Both the position numbers and the translations under genes were made by a program. A DNA stretch of 59,768 nucleotides, counting the filler. It is 4 parts of 4 records of this genome, joined end to end, with 100 filler letters (N's around TTAATTAATTAA, not from the genome) between each part and the next. Parts side by side here need not be neighbours in the genome. Positions count along the whole stretch, not along the records: positions 25,954 to 38,111 come from SRR20825019_2172; positions 38,212 to 48,103 come from SRR20825019_2175; 2 more parts are not named here. One strand, given 5' to 3'. The stretch's first letter is position 1; each line of letters begins with the position of its first letter. This document shows, one piece after another, positions 34,786-43,907 of this stretch. The notes below the pieces were generated by a model, which saw only the letters and a program-made list of their open reading frames with translations, searched no databases and was not told the DNA's origin.

Positions 34786-37566
34786 ATGTTTGGAGACGAA
34801 GCATTCGCCCAAAAGCCGGCCATGCCGTCCAGTGGGGACAGTGACTCCTGGACTAATGTATTGAACAAAGACCTTGTTGATCAGATTGACGGAAGGCCGA
34901 GTTCTACTGGAATGACGGGCGGAAATCTTTACGATGGAGCGGCTCATACCCGAGCCATGTTTGGGAATGGGTTTGGAGATACCATGATGGGTTACCGCGC
35001 TGATGATCCGCTTCAAACCGACTGGGGCACCTCTGCTCCTCGGCCCCAAAGTTCTTCAGCCAGTGTTCCGGTCAGCCGCGGGCTCCCTCAAGTACCTTCT
35101 GCGACGGGGTCAACGGGATTAACCCAAGAGCAGTTGAATCAGTTGCAACATTTGCAGGAGTTGCAACTGCAGCACCAGATGCAACTGCAGAGGCAACAGC
35201 TTCAGCAGCAGCAGCAGCAGCTGCAAGGTCAAGTTAGATCCGATCAGGGGCAGAATATGGGTCTCTTCCAAGGTGGCCGGGACGCTTGGACTAGGGGCGG
35301 CACTGCTGACGTACAGGGTGACAACCACTGGACTAACATGAATGATCGTGGCGCTACCATGATGCAGAATGATGTTACTCAGATATCCAACATGTTGGGC
35401 GGAACTAACCTTGGATCAATTGGGCTTGACCAAGGGTTTGTGCAAGGGCTAGGCCTCTCAGGAGCAGGAGGATTTTCTCGGCAGATGGGAGCATCGTTTG
35501 GCTCGAAAGACAGTGTCGGTGACCCCTCTTGGGGGGCTAGGAATACTTCTTTTGGTGGCACTCTCGTGGGGGGGAGTCCGAACAGCCCGGTCGATCGGTA
35601 CGCTGGTGGTCAAATTGCAGGATCGCTGGGTAGTGGGGGTGGTAGTTTTACCGCCAGTCACCCCAGTGCAAGTCCCGGGAAGTGGGGCCCTCTCGTGAAT
35701 GCACGCCAAAGTGGAGAACCTGCGTCCTGGGAGAGCAACGCTCAGTCTTGGACCTCCAATTCCACCATGGGCACCCTGCACGGTGATGAATTGCAGAGAG
35801 CTCAGATTCAGGTGCAGCAGCAGCAGTTCTTGATACAGCAACAGCAGCTCCAAATGCAGCAGCAGCAGGCTCAGCTGAGTATGCTGCAACAGCATCAGTC
35901 GTTGATTGGCGGAACTGGTGGTCGCAAGGTCCATCCAGGAAACATGCCCGGTGGAGTGCCGCAATTGACCCCAAATATGTTCCCTAGCGGTGCAGGGAAT
36001 CTGGAAATGTACAATTTAGGTGGCCCGTCGAAGGGCGAAGGGAAGTCGGAGAACGCGACGTTGACTAGGGTTCTTTTCGTCAGGAATGTGGATAATGCCG
36101 TTCCTATTCAAGAGTTTATCGAGGCATTTTCGAGGTATGGTGAGATTCGTGGTTTCCATTCAGATTCCATGCAGCGTGGCTTCTTGGTCGTGCAGTACTA
36201 CGATATTCGTCATTCGGTTGCTGCATTGAAAGCGCTGAACTCTGAATTATTCGGGCGTCGCCGCATTGAGATTCATTGCACTTTGCCGAAGCATAATCCC
36301 AATGACAATCATGGATCTCTTGTGGTTTTCAATATTAACCCAACTGTGAGTGATGAAGACATCGTCATGCATTTCAGTGCTGCTGGCGAGGTTAGAGAAG
36401 TGCGGAAGGCACCTAACAAGAATAACCACCGCTTCATCGAGTTTTTCGATATTCGTTGTGCTCAGAAGGCACTGGATCTATTCAACAAGACTCAATTCAT
36501 GGGCAGTATTGTGAAGATCGAGCTGTCTCGTCCTGTTGGTGTACGTCGTGCCACTCACGGTACCCGTGGATTAGACGGCTCAGCCGGCGCTATGACTGGA
36601 CTTCCAAACTCAATCCTCGGTGCTATGGGGGAGACCACTGATCATCTTGCGGATACCAAGAGTGCGCTGAACAACCGTATGTTGCAAATTCCAGACTTGG
36701 ATGAGGAAACCATCAGGAAGATGTCTCAAAGCATCGGCGACGGCGATATTGCGGGTGAGCTAGGGCTTCATCAGAACAATGACAACTCGCAGTTCCGTTT
36801 GAAGCCCGATATGATCAAGTCAGGAGAGGATAAGCGTACCACTCTAATGATTAAGAATATTCCCAACAAATATAACCCGAAGATGCTTCTGCATGGAATT
36901 GATGCCCGCTTTGATGATAAGTATGACTTCTTTTATCTTCCAATGGACTTCAAGAACAAGTGTAATATGGGCTATGCCTTTATTAACTTCGTGGACCCAT
37001 TGGACATTTTGGACTTCTTCAATCAATTCCACGGAAAGACTTGGGATAGATTCAATAGCGTTAAGGTGTGCGAGATAACGTATGGTAGATTGCAAGGGCA
37101 AGTGGCTTTGATCAACCATTTCAAGAACTCGAATCTTTTATGCCAAAAGGATGAAAACTATCGCCCAATCATTCTCCATAACAACAAGAAAGTCTCCTTG
37201 GATGCATCCTACACTTTCGACAATCCCGCGGACGAAGGGCGGATCGATGGTGGTCCGGCCCCGCCCGCCTCCTCTGCTGTCTCTCAGCAGCCTCAGCAGG
37301 ACAACCTGCTGAAGATCCAAGAGCTGCAGCAGCAATTGGAAATGCAGCAAAAGGCATTGCAACAAACCCAACAAGCCCAGGCTTTGTTGCTTCAACGTGA
37401 GCTCCAACTCGCCGCGGAGGCATCGCGGGCCGAGACTGCAGCTACCGGAAACGCGCAGGACAATATTGAAAAAGCCCCTTCCTCTTCTGGGAACAATCCA
37501 GAACCTAGCGCCGAGACTACTGATGAGCAGAGTGCTGCGGCCGCGACCACCTCAACCCAGGGGTGA
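34786..37566 (+). CDS. Mei2-like RNA-binding protein (3 RRMs, Q/G-rich low-complexity regions); intronless
   Basis: RRM3 signature DKRTTLMIKNIPNKY...YDFFYLPMDFKNKCNMGYAFINF; RRM1 RVLFVRNV...YYDIR; RRM2 GSLVVFNI...HRFIEFFDIR. Confidence 0.93.
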   Translation: MFGDEAFAQKPAMPSSGDSDSWTNVLNKDLVDQIDGRPSSTGMTGGNLYDGAAHTRAMFGNGFGDTMMGYRADDPLQTDWGTSAPRPQSSSASVPVSRGLPQVPSATGSTGLTQEQLNQLQHLQELQLQHQMQLQRQQLQQQQQQLQGQVRSDQGQNMGLFQGGRDAWTRGGTADVQGDNHWTNMNDRGATMMQNDVTQISNMLGGTNLGSIGLDQGFVQGLGLSGAGGFSRQMGASFGSKDSVGDPSWGARNTSFGGTLVGGSPNSPVDRYAGGQIAGSLGSGGGSFTASHPSASPGKWGPLVNARQSGEPASWESNAQSWTSNSTMGTLHGDELQRAQIQVQQQQFLIQQQQLQMQQQQAQLSMLQQHQSLIGGTGGRKVHPGNMPGGVPQLTPNMFPSGAGNLEMYNLGGPSKGEGKSENATLTRVLFVRNVDNAVPIQEFIEAFSRYGEIRGFHSDSMQRGFLVVQYYDIRHSVAALKALNSELFGRRRIEIHCTLPKHNPNDNHGSLVVFNINPTVSDEDIVMHFSAAGEVREVRKAPNKNNHRFIEFFDIRCAQKALDLFNKTQFMGSIVKIELSRPVGVRRATHGTRGLDGSAGAMTGLPNSILGAMGETTDHLADTKSALNNRMLQIPDLDEETIRKMSQSIGDGDIAGELGLHQNNDNSQFRLKPDMIKSGEDKRTTLMIKNIPNKYNPKMLLHGIDARFDDKYDFFYLPMDFKNKCNMGYAFINFVDPLDILDFFNQFHGKTWDRFNSVKVCEITYGRLQGQVALINHFKNSNLLCQKDENYRPIILHNNKKVSLDASYTFDNPADEGRIDGGPAPPASSAVSQQPQQDNLLKIQELQQQLEMQQKALQQTQQAQALLLQRELQLAAEASRAETAATGNAQDNIEKAPSSSGNNPEPSAETTDEQSAAAATTSTQG

Positions 37567-38111
37567 TGGTGATTTTTTTGGTGGGACGAACTCCCAATAA
37601 ACAGTTTTTCTATTGATTTCTTTAATATCAATTAATGAAAATTGTAGTCACATTCGAGGGTGGCTCCTCTATCATCCCGAATGGGATGAAGCGATAAGAC
37701 GAGGACGTCTGTGCTCTCATCATCAGCTGGGGGTGGTTCAACGTTCCCCAAACAATACCGCAGCTCCAGCGTCGAATCCCGGAGGTTGTTGGAACTCATC
37801 CCACCCGGCCACCCGGCGACGCCCATCCTCCCATCCATCAGCGCACTGCTGCCCAGCAGGGCCTCCTTCTTGCCACCAATCCACTCGTCGATCGTCAGCG
37901 GCGACCACAGCCGTGAGCAGAGCCACCAACGACCTCGTCAGCCTGCGGGCGGGGCGCACCGGTGTCATGGAGAAACGAAGGTGAGCTGTGGGTGGTCGCT
38001 ATAGTATGCTCATCCGTCATCGCATGCCTCCTTGTGCGGATCTCGAGCCTGAGCCATTATACCCTCTAACGTTTGTCGCGAAGCGGGGAGGGGGGGGGGG
38101 GGGGGGGGGGG

Positions 38112-38211
38112 NNNNNNNNNNNNNNNNNNNNNNNNNNNNNNNNNNNNNNNNNNNNTTAATTAATTAANNNNNNNNNNNNNNNNNNNNNNNNNNNNNNNNN
38201 NNNNNNNNNNN
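38112..38211. other. Artificial contig linker
   Basis: N44-TTAATTAATTAA-N44. Confidence 0.98.
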
Positions 38212-38550
38212 CACCGTCGGCTGGCCCCGGCGCAGGTCGTCATCGTCCATTGCGGGCAGGTCGTCATGGACGAGAGAGTAACAGTGCACGCATTCCAGCG
38301 CTGCCGCCACGCGAAGTGCAGCACTCTGGTTGCTCGTATCGAACAGCGCGGCAGTCTCGAGTACGAGGAAAGGCCGCAAGCGTTTGCCGCCATTCAAAAC
38401 ACCATGGCGCATGGCCATCAGCAGCCGTTCGGGTCGATGTAATTCGCCTTCGAGCGGCCGGGTGCCGAGCAGGTCGCGCAGGGTCTTCTCCACCAGGTTC
38501 GCGCCGGCGGCCAGTTTAACCTCGAAGGGGAGGGTGGGTGTCTCTTCCAT
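38212..38550 (-). CDS. ispA: Farnesyl diphosphate synthase / polyprenyl synthetase, 3'-truncated at contig end
   Basis: GGKRLRPFLV and HCYSLVHDDLPAMDDDDLRRGQPT. Confidence 0.92.
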
Positions 38551-38673
38551 GTCCGGAGCGATGCCGTTAATGGGCGCCGGGGTCAAGTCCGTTTGTAGGT
38601 GCCATTGCGCCGCAGGCATTGGAGCGTTATGCGAAAAGCAGTTTTATGGCGTCTCTGATACGGGGAAACAGGA

Positions 38674-39450
38674 TTGAGCGGCCCGACAGTCGATCCGGAA
38701 AAAAAGTCGTCGACCATGGGCAGTCGGCGTCGTGGCCGCAGCGGTAAAACGCGGCCGGGACCCGCGCGTGGCTGGAGAAGATGGTTTTTGCGCCATGTCG
38801 TGACCATCGTCGTCGTTCTGGCCTTGATACCGGCGGGACTGACGCTTCTTTACAAGGTCCCGTTTGTTCACCCTCTTTCCACTTTGATGATGCGCGATCT
38901 GGCAACGCTTGAAGGATATGACCGCCGCTGGACCTCACTCGATAAAATGGGAACGCTGATCCAGTATTCTGTTGTCATGTCGGAGGACGGGCAGTTCTGT
39001 GCGCATGACGGGATCGACTGGGCCGCGTTGAACCTCGTCATCAATGATGCGCTGTCGGGCGAAAAGGCGCGTGGAGCCTCCACCATACCGATGCAGACCG
39101 TGAAGAACCTCTATCTCTGGCAGGGTCGCTCCTTCCTGCGCAAAGGTCTGGAGCTTCCGCTGGCGGTTTATCTCGATCTTGTCCTTTCCAAGCGACGTAT
39201 CCTCGAAATTTATCTGAACATTGTCGAATGGGGCCCAAACATTTACGGCGCGGAGGCTGCGGCGCAGCATTACTTCGGGCGGCGGGCTTCCGAGCTTACT
39301 CGTCGTCAGGCCGCGCTGCTGGCGGTGACGTTGCCCAATCCGCTGGAGCGCAATCCGGCAAAGCCGTCCGGCGGTCTCAACAGGCTCGCTGCAAATATCG
39401 AGCAGCGGGCGCGCAAGGCAGGCGGTTATGTGGGGTGTCTGAAACCCTGA
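38674..39450 (+). CDS. mtgA: Monofunctional peptidoglycan transglycosylase
   Basis: [45 protein letters not shown]; start may be TTG 38674 or ATG 38717. Confidence 0.93.
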   Translation: MSGPTVDPEKKSSTMGSRRRGRSGKTRPGPARGWRRWFLRHVVTIVVVLALIPAGLTLLYKVPFVHPLSTLMMRDLATLEGYDRRWTSLDKMGTLIQYSVVMSEDGQFCAHDGIDWAALNLVINDALSGEKARGASTIPMQTVKNLYLWQGRSFLRKGLELPLAVYLDLVLSKRRILEIYLNIVEWGPNIYGAEAAAQHYFGRRASELTRRQAALLAVTLPNPLERNPAKPSGGLNRLAANIEQRARKAGGYVGCLKP

Positions 39451-39602
39451 TTGCGGCAATTCTCCAAAAAAATGCGCTGCGACCCACTGGCCAAAGGCCG
39501 TTTTGAGGTGTATAGGCACGCCGACTTCCAATTCCCGGCCGAGATGCTGGGCCCTGGATCAAGGGGCCGCAACGGCCTTTGACCGATTAGCGGAGCAGGA
39601 CA

Positions 39603-39785
39603 ATGGCTGTACCAAAAAGGAAAACGACGCCTTCGAAGCGCGGCATGCGCCGCTCGGCCGATGCCATCAAGGCACCGACCTATGTCGAAGACAAGAACTC
39701 GGGCGAGCTGCGTCGTCCGCACCACATCGACCTGAAGACTGGCATGTATCGCGGTCGCCAGGTTCTGGAGCCGAAGGACGCATAA
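39603..39785 (+). CDS. rpmF: 50S ribosomal protein L32 (Cys-free alphaproteobacterial type)
   Basis: [18 protein letters not shown]...[32 protein letters not shown] upstream. Confidence 0.97.
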   Translation: MAVPKRKTTPSKRGMRRSADAIKAPTYVEDKNSGELRRPHHIDLKTGMYRGRQVLEPKDA

Positions 39786-39806
39786 GCGACTTTCTCCAGT
39801 GGATTG

Positions 39807-39839
39807 CGAAAAAGGCCGGTCTTTGACTGGCCTTTTTCG
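39807..39839. terminator. Bidirectional intrinsic terminator between rpmF and the ACT-domain gene
   Basis: cgaaaaaggccggtc-ttt-gactggcctttttcg hairpin with A-tract and T-tract on either side, between convergent genes. Confidence 0.85.
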
Positions 39840-39845
39840 TTTGGG

Positions 39846-40280
39846 CTACCCATTCACCGCATTCGCCTCAGCCCGCTGTTGAACGTTGAGAAGGACCGAG
39901 AAGGCCTTTTCCGCCTGCTTCTCGGGCACGAAGATATGGTCGTGATGAAAAGCGGCGATCACATTGCAGGGAATGTCTTCCTCTGCCAGTGCCGTGGCCA
40001 CGGAAGCGGTTAGCCCCACACCGTCTAGCGCCGAATAGACGCTAAGGACGATCCGGCGCATCGGCATGTCTGTATCGAAACCAAGCGCTTCGGCGCGTTC
40101 CAGGCTCAGGACGAGTGTCGTTCCCTCCTCCTCTTTGAAAGCTCCGACGGCGTCCTTGAGGAGTTTCTCGGCGGTATCCGGTCTAACGCTGCAGAAGACA
40201 TAGACGCCCTCACTCAGCACCGGCGACATGCCTTCAAGCATGGCCTGCCGGTTGCGAACGGGATCAGACATTTCGTGCAT
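39846..40280 (-). CDS. ACT-domain protein (DUF2241/ACT_3-ACT_7 type)
   Basis: M.P.L..G.YVFC, FKEEEGTTLV, VYSALDGVGLTASVATALAEEDIPCNVIAAFHHDHIFV. Confidence 0.85.
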   Translation of the reverse strand: MHEMSDPVRNRQAMLEGMSPVLSEGVYVFCSVRPDTAEKLLKDAVGAFKEEEGTTLVLSLERAEALGFDTDMPMRRIVLSVYSALDGVGLTASVATALAEEDIPCNVIAAFHHDHIFVPEKQAEKAFSVLLNVQQRAEANAVNG

Positions 40281-40315
40281 TCCAGAGTGGGGATAGTCTG
40301 CGGAGGTGTTCTGGA

Positions 40316-40927
40316 TCAGGAATCACCCATTGAATCGATCTTGCGCTGCATCGCCGCGATCTGCTCCCGTAAGTCTTTCAGGTCGTCGGAGCGGTGTGTG
40401 TCATTGCCCGCTTCCCTGTCTGTTGCCGCGGGCTGCTCGGAAGCTCCGGGCACCGGTGTGAACATGCGCATCGCGTTCTGAAACATCTCGATGTTGCGGC
40501 GCGTCTGCTCTTCCACCATTTTCATCGGAGCGGACATGCCCATCATGTCCATGGACGACGTCCCAAAAGCCTTGTTCATCTGCTCGCGCATGCGCTCCTG
40601 CTCTTTCGAGAAGGCCATCATGGATTGTTCCAGGAAGCTTGGAACAACCATCTGCATCTGATCGCCATAAAACGCGATGAGCTGGCGCAAAAAGGATACG
40701 GGCAGCATGTTCTGTCCGTTGCGGTCATTTTCCAGTTCAAAAATGATCTGCGTCAGAACCGAATGGGTGATGTCGTCGCCGGACTTGGCGTCCTGGACGA
40801 CGAAATTTTCATCGCGCTTCACCATTTCGGCGAGATCTTCCAGCGTCACATAGGTGCTGGTGCCGGTATTGTAGAGACGGCGATTGGCGTATTTCTTGAT
40901 GACGATCGGGTCGTCCTTGGCTGGCAT
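40316..40927 (-). CDS. phaR: Polyhydroxyalkanoate synthesis repressor PhaR (AniA)
   Basis: IKKYANRRLYNTGTSTYVTLEDLA, DITHSVLTQIIFE; GGGGAGG RBS upstream of ATG 40927. Confidence 0.96.
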   Translation of the reverse strand: MPAKDDPIVIKKYANRRLYNTGTSTYVTLEDLAEMVKRDENFVVQDAKSGDDITHSVLTQIIFELENDRNGQNMLPVSFLRQLIAFYGDQMQMVVPSFLEQSMMAFSKEQERMREQMNKAFGTSSMDMMGMSAPMKMVEEQTRRNIEMFQNAMRMFTPVPGASEQPAATDREAGNDTHRSDDLKDLREQIAAMQRKIDSMGDS

Positions 40928-41093
40928 TACTGACCTCCCCGTAGCACGGTGTCTATGGCGTCGCGTCCGGTCGTCTCTTCCGTCGACCTGGAATAACGAT
41001 GCCCTGGATTCAAGGACCAGGGGCAGGATATGCGCAAAATCCGGTCGAATGAAAGCGGTTTTCGCAGTGGCGAAGACGCAGCCGCTTATCTTC

Positions 41094-41124
41094 GGCGACG
41101 CGCAAGAGTTGTTGCGCTGCACAC
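41094..41124. promoter_or_regulatory. Candidate PhaR operator(s) in the phaR-phaA divergent region
   Basis: TGCGCTGCACAC (41113-41124) and GGCGACGCGCAA (41094-41105) resemble the rhizobial PhaR TGC-N3-GCA-type site as I recall it. Confidence 0.45.
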
Positions 41125-41229
41125 AACCGTTTGACTCGGCACTTATTAGCCGCGACAAATGCGGATAAGGTCAGTCCGTTGCAGGGACTGCGCATTTATA
41201 CGTATCGCCTTTTCAAGGGAGAAGCCTTC

Positions 41230-42414
41230 ATGTCGACAGCTGAAGCCATCGTCGTCGCCAGCGCCGCTCGGACACCGGTCGGTTCCTTCAACGGATCGTT
41301 TGCCACCGTTCCGGCCCACGAATTGGGTGCCACGGCCATTCGTGAAGCGCTTTCGCGCGCCGGAGTGGCGCCGGAAGAGGTGAACGAGGTGATACTCGGT
41401 CAGGTGTTGACGGCGGGACAGGGCCAGAACCCCGCGCGCCAGGCGTCGATCGCCGCTGGCCTACCGAAGGAGACGACCGCCTGGGTGCTCAACCAGGTCT
41501 GCGGTTCGGGCCTGCGCACCATCGCCATCGGCATGCAGCAGATCGCCACCGGCGATGCCGACATCATTGTTGCCGGCGGGCAGGAATCCATGACGCTCTC
41601 GCCCCATTGCGCCTATCTGCGCGCCGGTGTGAAGATGGGCGATTATGCCATGATCGACACGATGATCCGCGACGGTCTCTGGGATGCCTTCAACGGCTAT
41701 CATATGGGCATCACGGCGGAGAATGTGGCGCGGCAGTTTCAGATCACGCGTGACGAGCAGGACGCGTTCGCGCTGGCATCTCAGAACAAGGCGGAGGCCG
41801 CTCAGAAGGCTGGCCGTTTCAAGGACGAGATCGTGCCGGTGACGGTGAAGAGCCGCAAGGGCGAGACGGTCGTTTCCGAGGATGAATATATCCGTCATGG
41901 CGCGACCCTTGAGGGTATGCAGAAGCTGCGTCCGGCCTTTGACAAGGAGGGCACCGTGACGGCGGCCAATGCATCAGGCATCAATGACGGTGCCGCCGCG
42001 GTCGTTCTGATGCGCGAAAGCGAGGCGGAGCGCCGTGGCCTGACACCGCTGGCGCGTATCGCCTCCTGGGCAACGGCAGGGGTCGATCCGGCGATCATGG
42101 GCACAGGGCCGATCCCCGCGTCGCGTCGCGCGCTGGAAAAGGCCGGGTGGAAGGCGGAAGACCTCGACCTGGTCGAAGCCAATGAGGCTTTTGCCGCACA
42201 GGCCTGTGCCGTCAACAAGGATATGGGATGGAACCCGGAGATCGTGAACGTGAATGGCGGGGCGATTGCCATCGGTCATCCGATCGGGGCTTCAGGAACC
42301 CGCATTTTCAACACGCTTGCTTTCGAGATGCGGCGTCGTGGCGCCAGGAAGGGCCTTGCCACGCTTTGCATCGGCGGTGGAATGGGCGTCGCCATGTGTG
42401 TGGAAGCGCTGTAG
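41230..42414 (+). CDS. phaA: Acetyl-CoA acetyltransferase (beta-ketothiolase)
   Basis: [20 protein letters not shown] and LCIGGGMG thiolase motifs. Confidence 0.97.
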   Translation: MSTAEAIVVASAARTPVGSFNGSFATVPAHELGATAIREALSRAGVAPEEVNEVILGQVLTAGQGQNPARQASIAAGLPKETTAWVLNQVCGSGLRTIAIGMQQIATGDADIIVAGGQESMTLSPHCAYLRAGVKMGDYAMIDTMIRDGLWDAFNGYHMGITAENVARQFQITRDEQDAFALASQNKAEAAQKAGRFKDEIVPVTVKSRKGETVVSEDEYIRHGATLEGMQKLRPAFDKEGTVTAANASGINDGAAAVVLMRESEAERRGLTPLARIASWATAGVDPAIMGTGPIPASRRALEKAGWKAEDLDLVEANEAFAAQACAVNKDMGWNPEIVNVNGGAIAIGHPIGASGTRIFNTLAFEMRRRGARKGLATLCIGGGMGVAMCVEAL

Positions 42415-42522
42415 GTTCTTTGCCGGCACGCGGCGGGAGACGCCGCGCGTCAGCCGGCTTATCGCTCAGGCACAATGGGGCGAAGGCGGCGGGGGCAGTT
42501 CATTTTCAGGGAGGCGACCTGC

Positions 42523-43242
42523 ATGAAAACGGCACTTGTTACCGGTGGAACCCGTGGCATCGGCGCGGCAATAGCAACAGCCCTGAAGGATGCGGGCTAC
42601 CGGGTCGCGGCAAATTATGCGGGCAATGACGAGGCGGCGGCACGGTTCACCGGGGATACCGGCATTGCTGCCTATAAGTGGTCGATTGCCGACTATGACG
42701 CCTGTGCCGAGGGTGTTGCTAAGATCGAGGCCGATCTCGGGCCGGTGGATATTCTGATAAACAATGCCGGGATCACCCGCGACGTGATGTTTCACAAGAT
42801 GACGGTGGAAGACTGGCGCGCGGTTGTCGATGTCAATCTCAATGGCGTCTTCAACATGACGCATCAGGTTTTTGCTGGCATGCGTTCGCGCGGGTTCGGC
42901 CGGATCATCAACATATCTTCCATCAACGGTCAGAAGGGCCAGATGGGGCAGGCCAATTACTCGGCCGCAAAAGCAGGCGAAATCGGCTTCACCAAGGCGC
43001 TCGCCCAGGAGGGGGCGCGTTTCAACGTGACGGTAAATGCTATCTGCCCGGGATATATCGCCACGGACATGGTGATGGCTGTGCCGGAAGCGGTGCGCGA
43101 GAAAATCATCGCCCAGATCCCGGTGGGGCGGCTGGGCGAAGCGTCAGAGATCGCACGGTCTGTGCTGTTTCTGGCCTCGGACGATGCCGGCTTCGTGACC
43201 GGATCGACATTGACCGTCAATGGCGGACAATACTTCGTCTGA
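42523..43242 (+). CDS. phaB: Acetoacetyl-CoA reductase
   Basis: TGGTRGIG, NNAGITRD, SSINGQKGQMGQANYSAAKAG; GGGAGG RBS. Confidence 0.97.
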   Translation: MKTALVTGGTRGIGAAIATALKDAGYRVAANYAGNDEAAARFTGDTGIAAYKWSIADYDACAEGVAKIEADLGPVDILINNAGITRDVMFHKMTVEDWRAVVDVNLNGVFNMTHQVFAGMRSRGFGRIINISSINGQKGQMGQANYSAAKAGEIGFTKALAQEGARFNVTVNAICPGYIATDMVMAVPEAVREKIIAQIPVGRLGEASEIARSVLFLASDDAGFVTGSTLTVNGGQYFV

Positions 43243-43248
43243 AGAAAA

Positions 43249-43307
43249 AAAGCGCGACGTGCGCCTGGCTTCCCGGGTGCTGTGGAGAAAAAGCGGCGTC
43301 GCGCTTT
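43249..43307 (+). terminator. Stem-loop downstream of phaB
   Basis: aaagcgcgacg...cgtcgcgcttt inverted repeat enclosing a second small hairpin. Confidence 0.5.
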
Positions 43308-43775
43308 GATCGATTCTGTATCAATTTGAAGCAATTTGGTTAACGAGGCTTTCATCCTGTTGGATCCGGCCTGTGGATAAGCTGTTCGTTATCTGTCGAC
43401 AGAATGTGGAAAACACCAGATGTAGTGGTGAACGTATCGGGAACATTCCGATATCACTGATTCGTCGCCGATTCGTTCCGGGTTTGGTCGAAGTGTTAAC
43501 TCGCCGCTCATTAATGCGTCGAGCCCCGGTTAACGGATCAGCAAATTTCCCTAACAAAATCTTATGGTTGGTCGAAGTCGAGAAGAGCGGTTTTGTGACG
43601 TGCGTTCAAAAGTTAACGCTCGCTGCCCGATTCATGTTCATTCGGTGGTACGCTGATTCAGCATCTAGGTCCGTACGCTCTGGGATGTACAGCATGTGGG
43701 GGTGAACAAAACAGGAAACGTTCAAAGTCAGTGATTCGTCGCTGATTCGTTCCAGACTCGTTCCAAACCTTAACG
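43281..43775. promoter_or_regulatory. Cell-cycle-type regulatory region: three DnaA boxes, eight GANTC sites, several (G)TTAAC sites
   Basis: TGTGGATAA 43372-43380 (perfect DnaA box); TGTGGAGAA 43281 and TGTGGAAAA 43405 (one mismatch each); GANTC at 43312, 43459, 43470, 43629, 43655, 43733, 43744, 43755. Confidence 0.6.
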
Positions 43776-43907
43776 GACACATTGATCTTCAGGTTGTTTT
43801 GGCAGGCTTTGTCGGCGGAGTGACAGTCTTGCCTTGGAATGGAGAGGTAAAGCGTGCTAACCGGTGTTTCCGCCTTTTCTCGCTGAGGTAGACGGCTTTT
43901 CGGGCCT

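Noticed and set aside
41230-43242. Horizontal transfer of PHB genes into the eukaryote
   Set aside because: Separate contig with fully bacterial gene structure and synteny; no physical junction with eukaryotic DNA.
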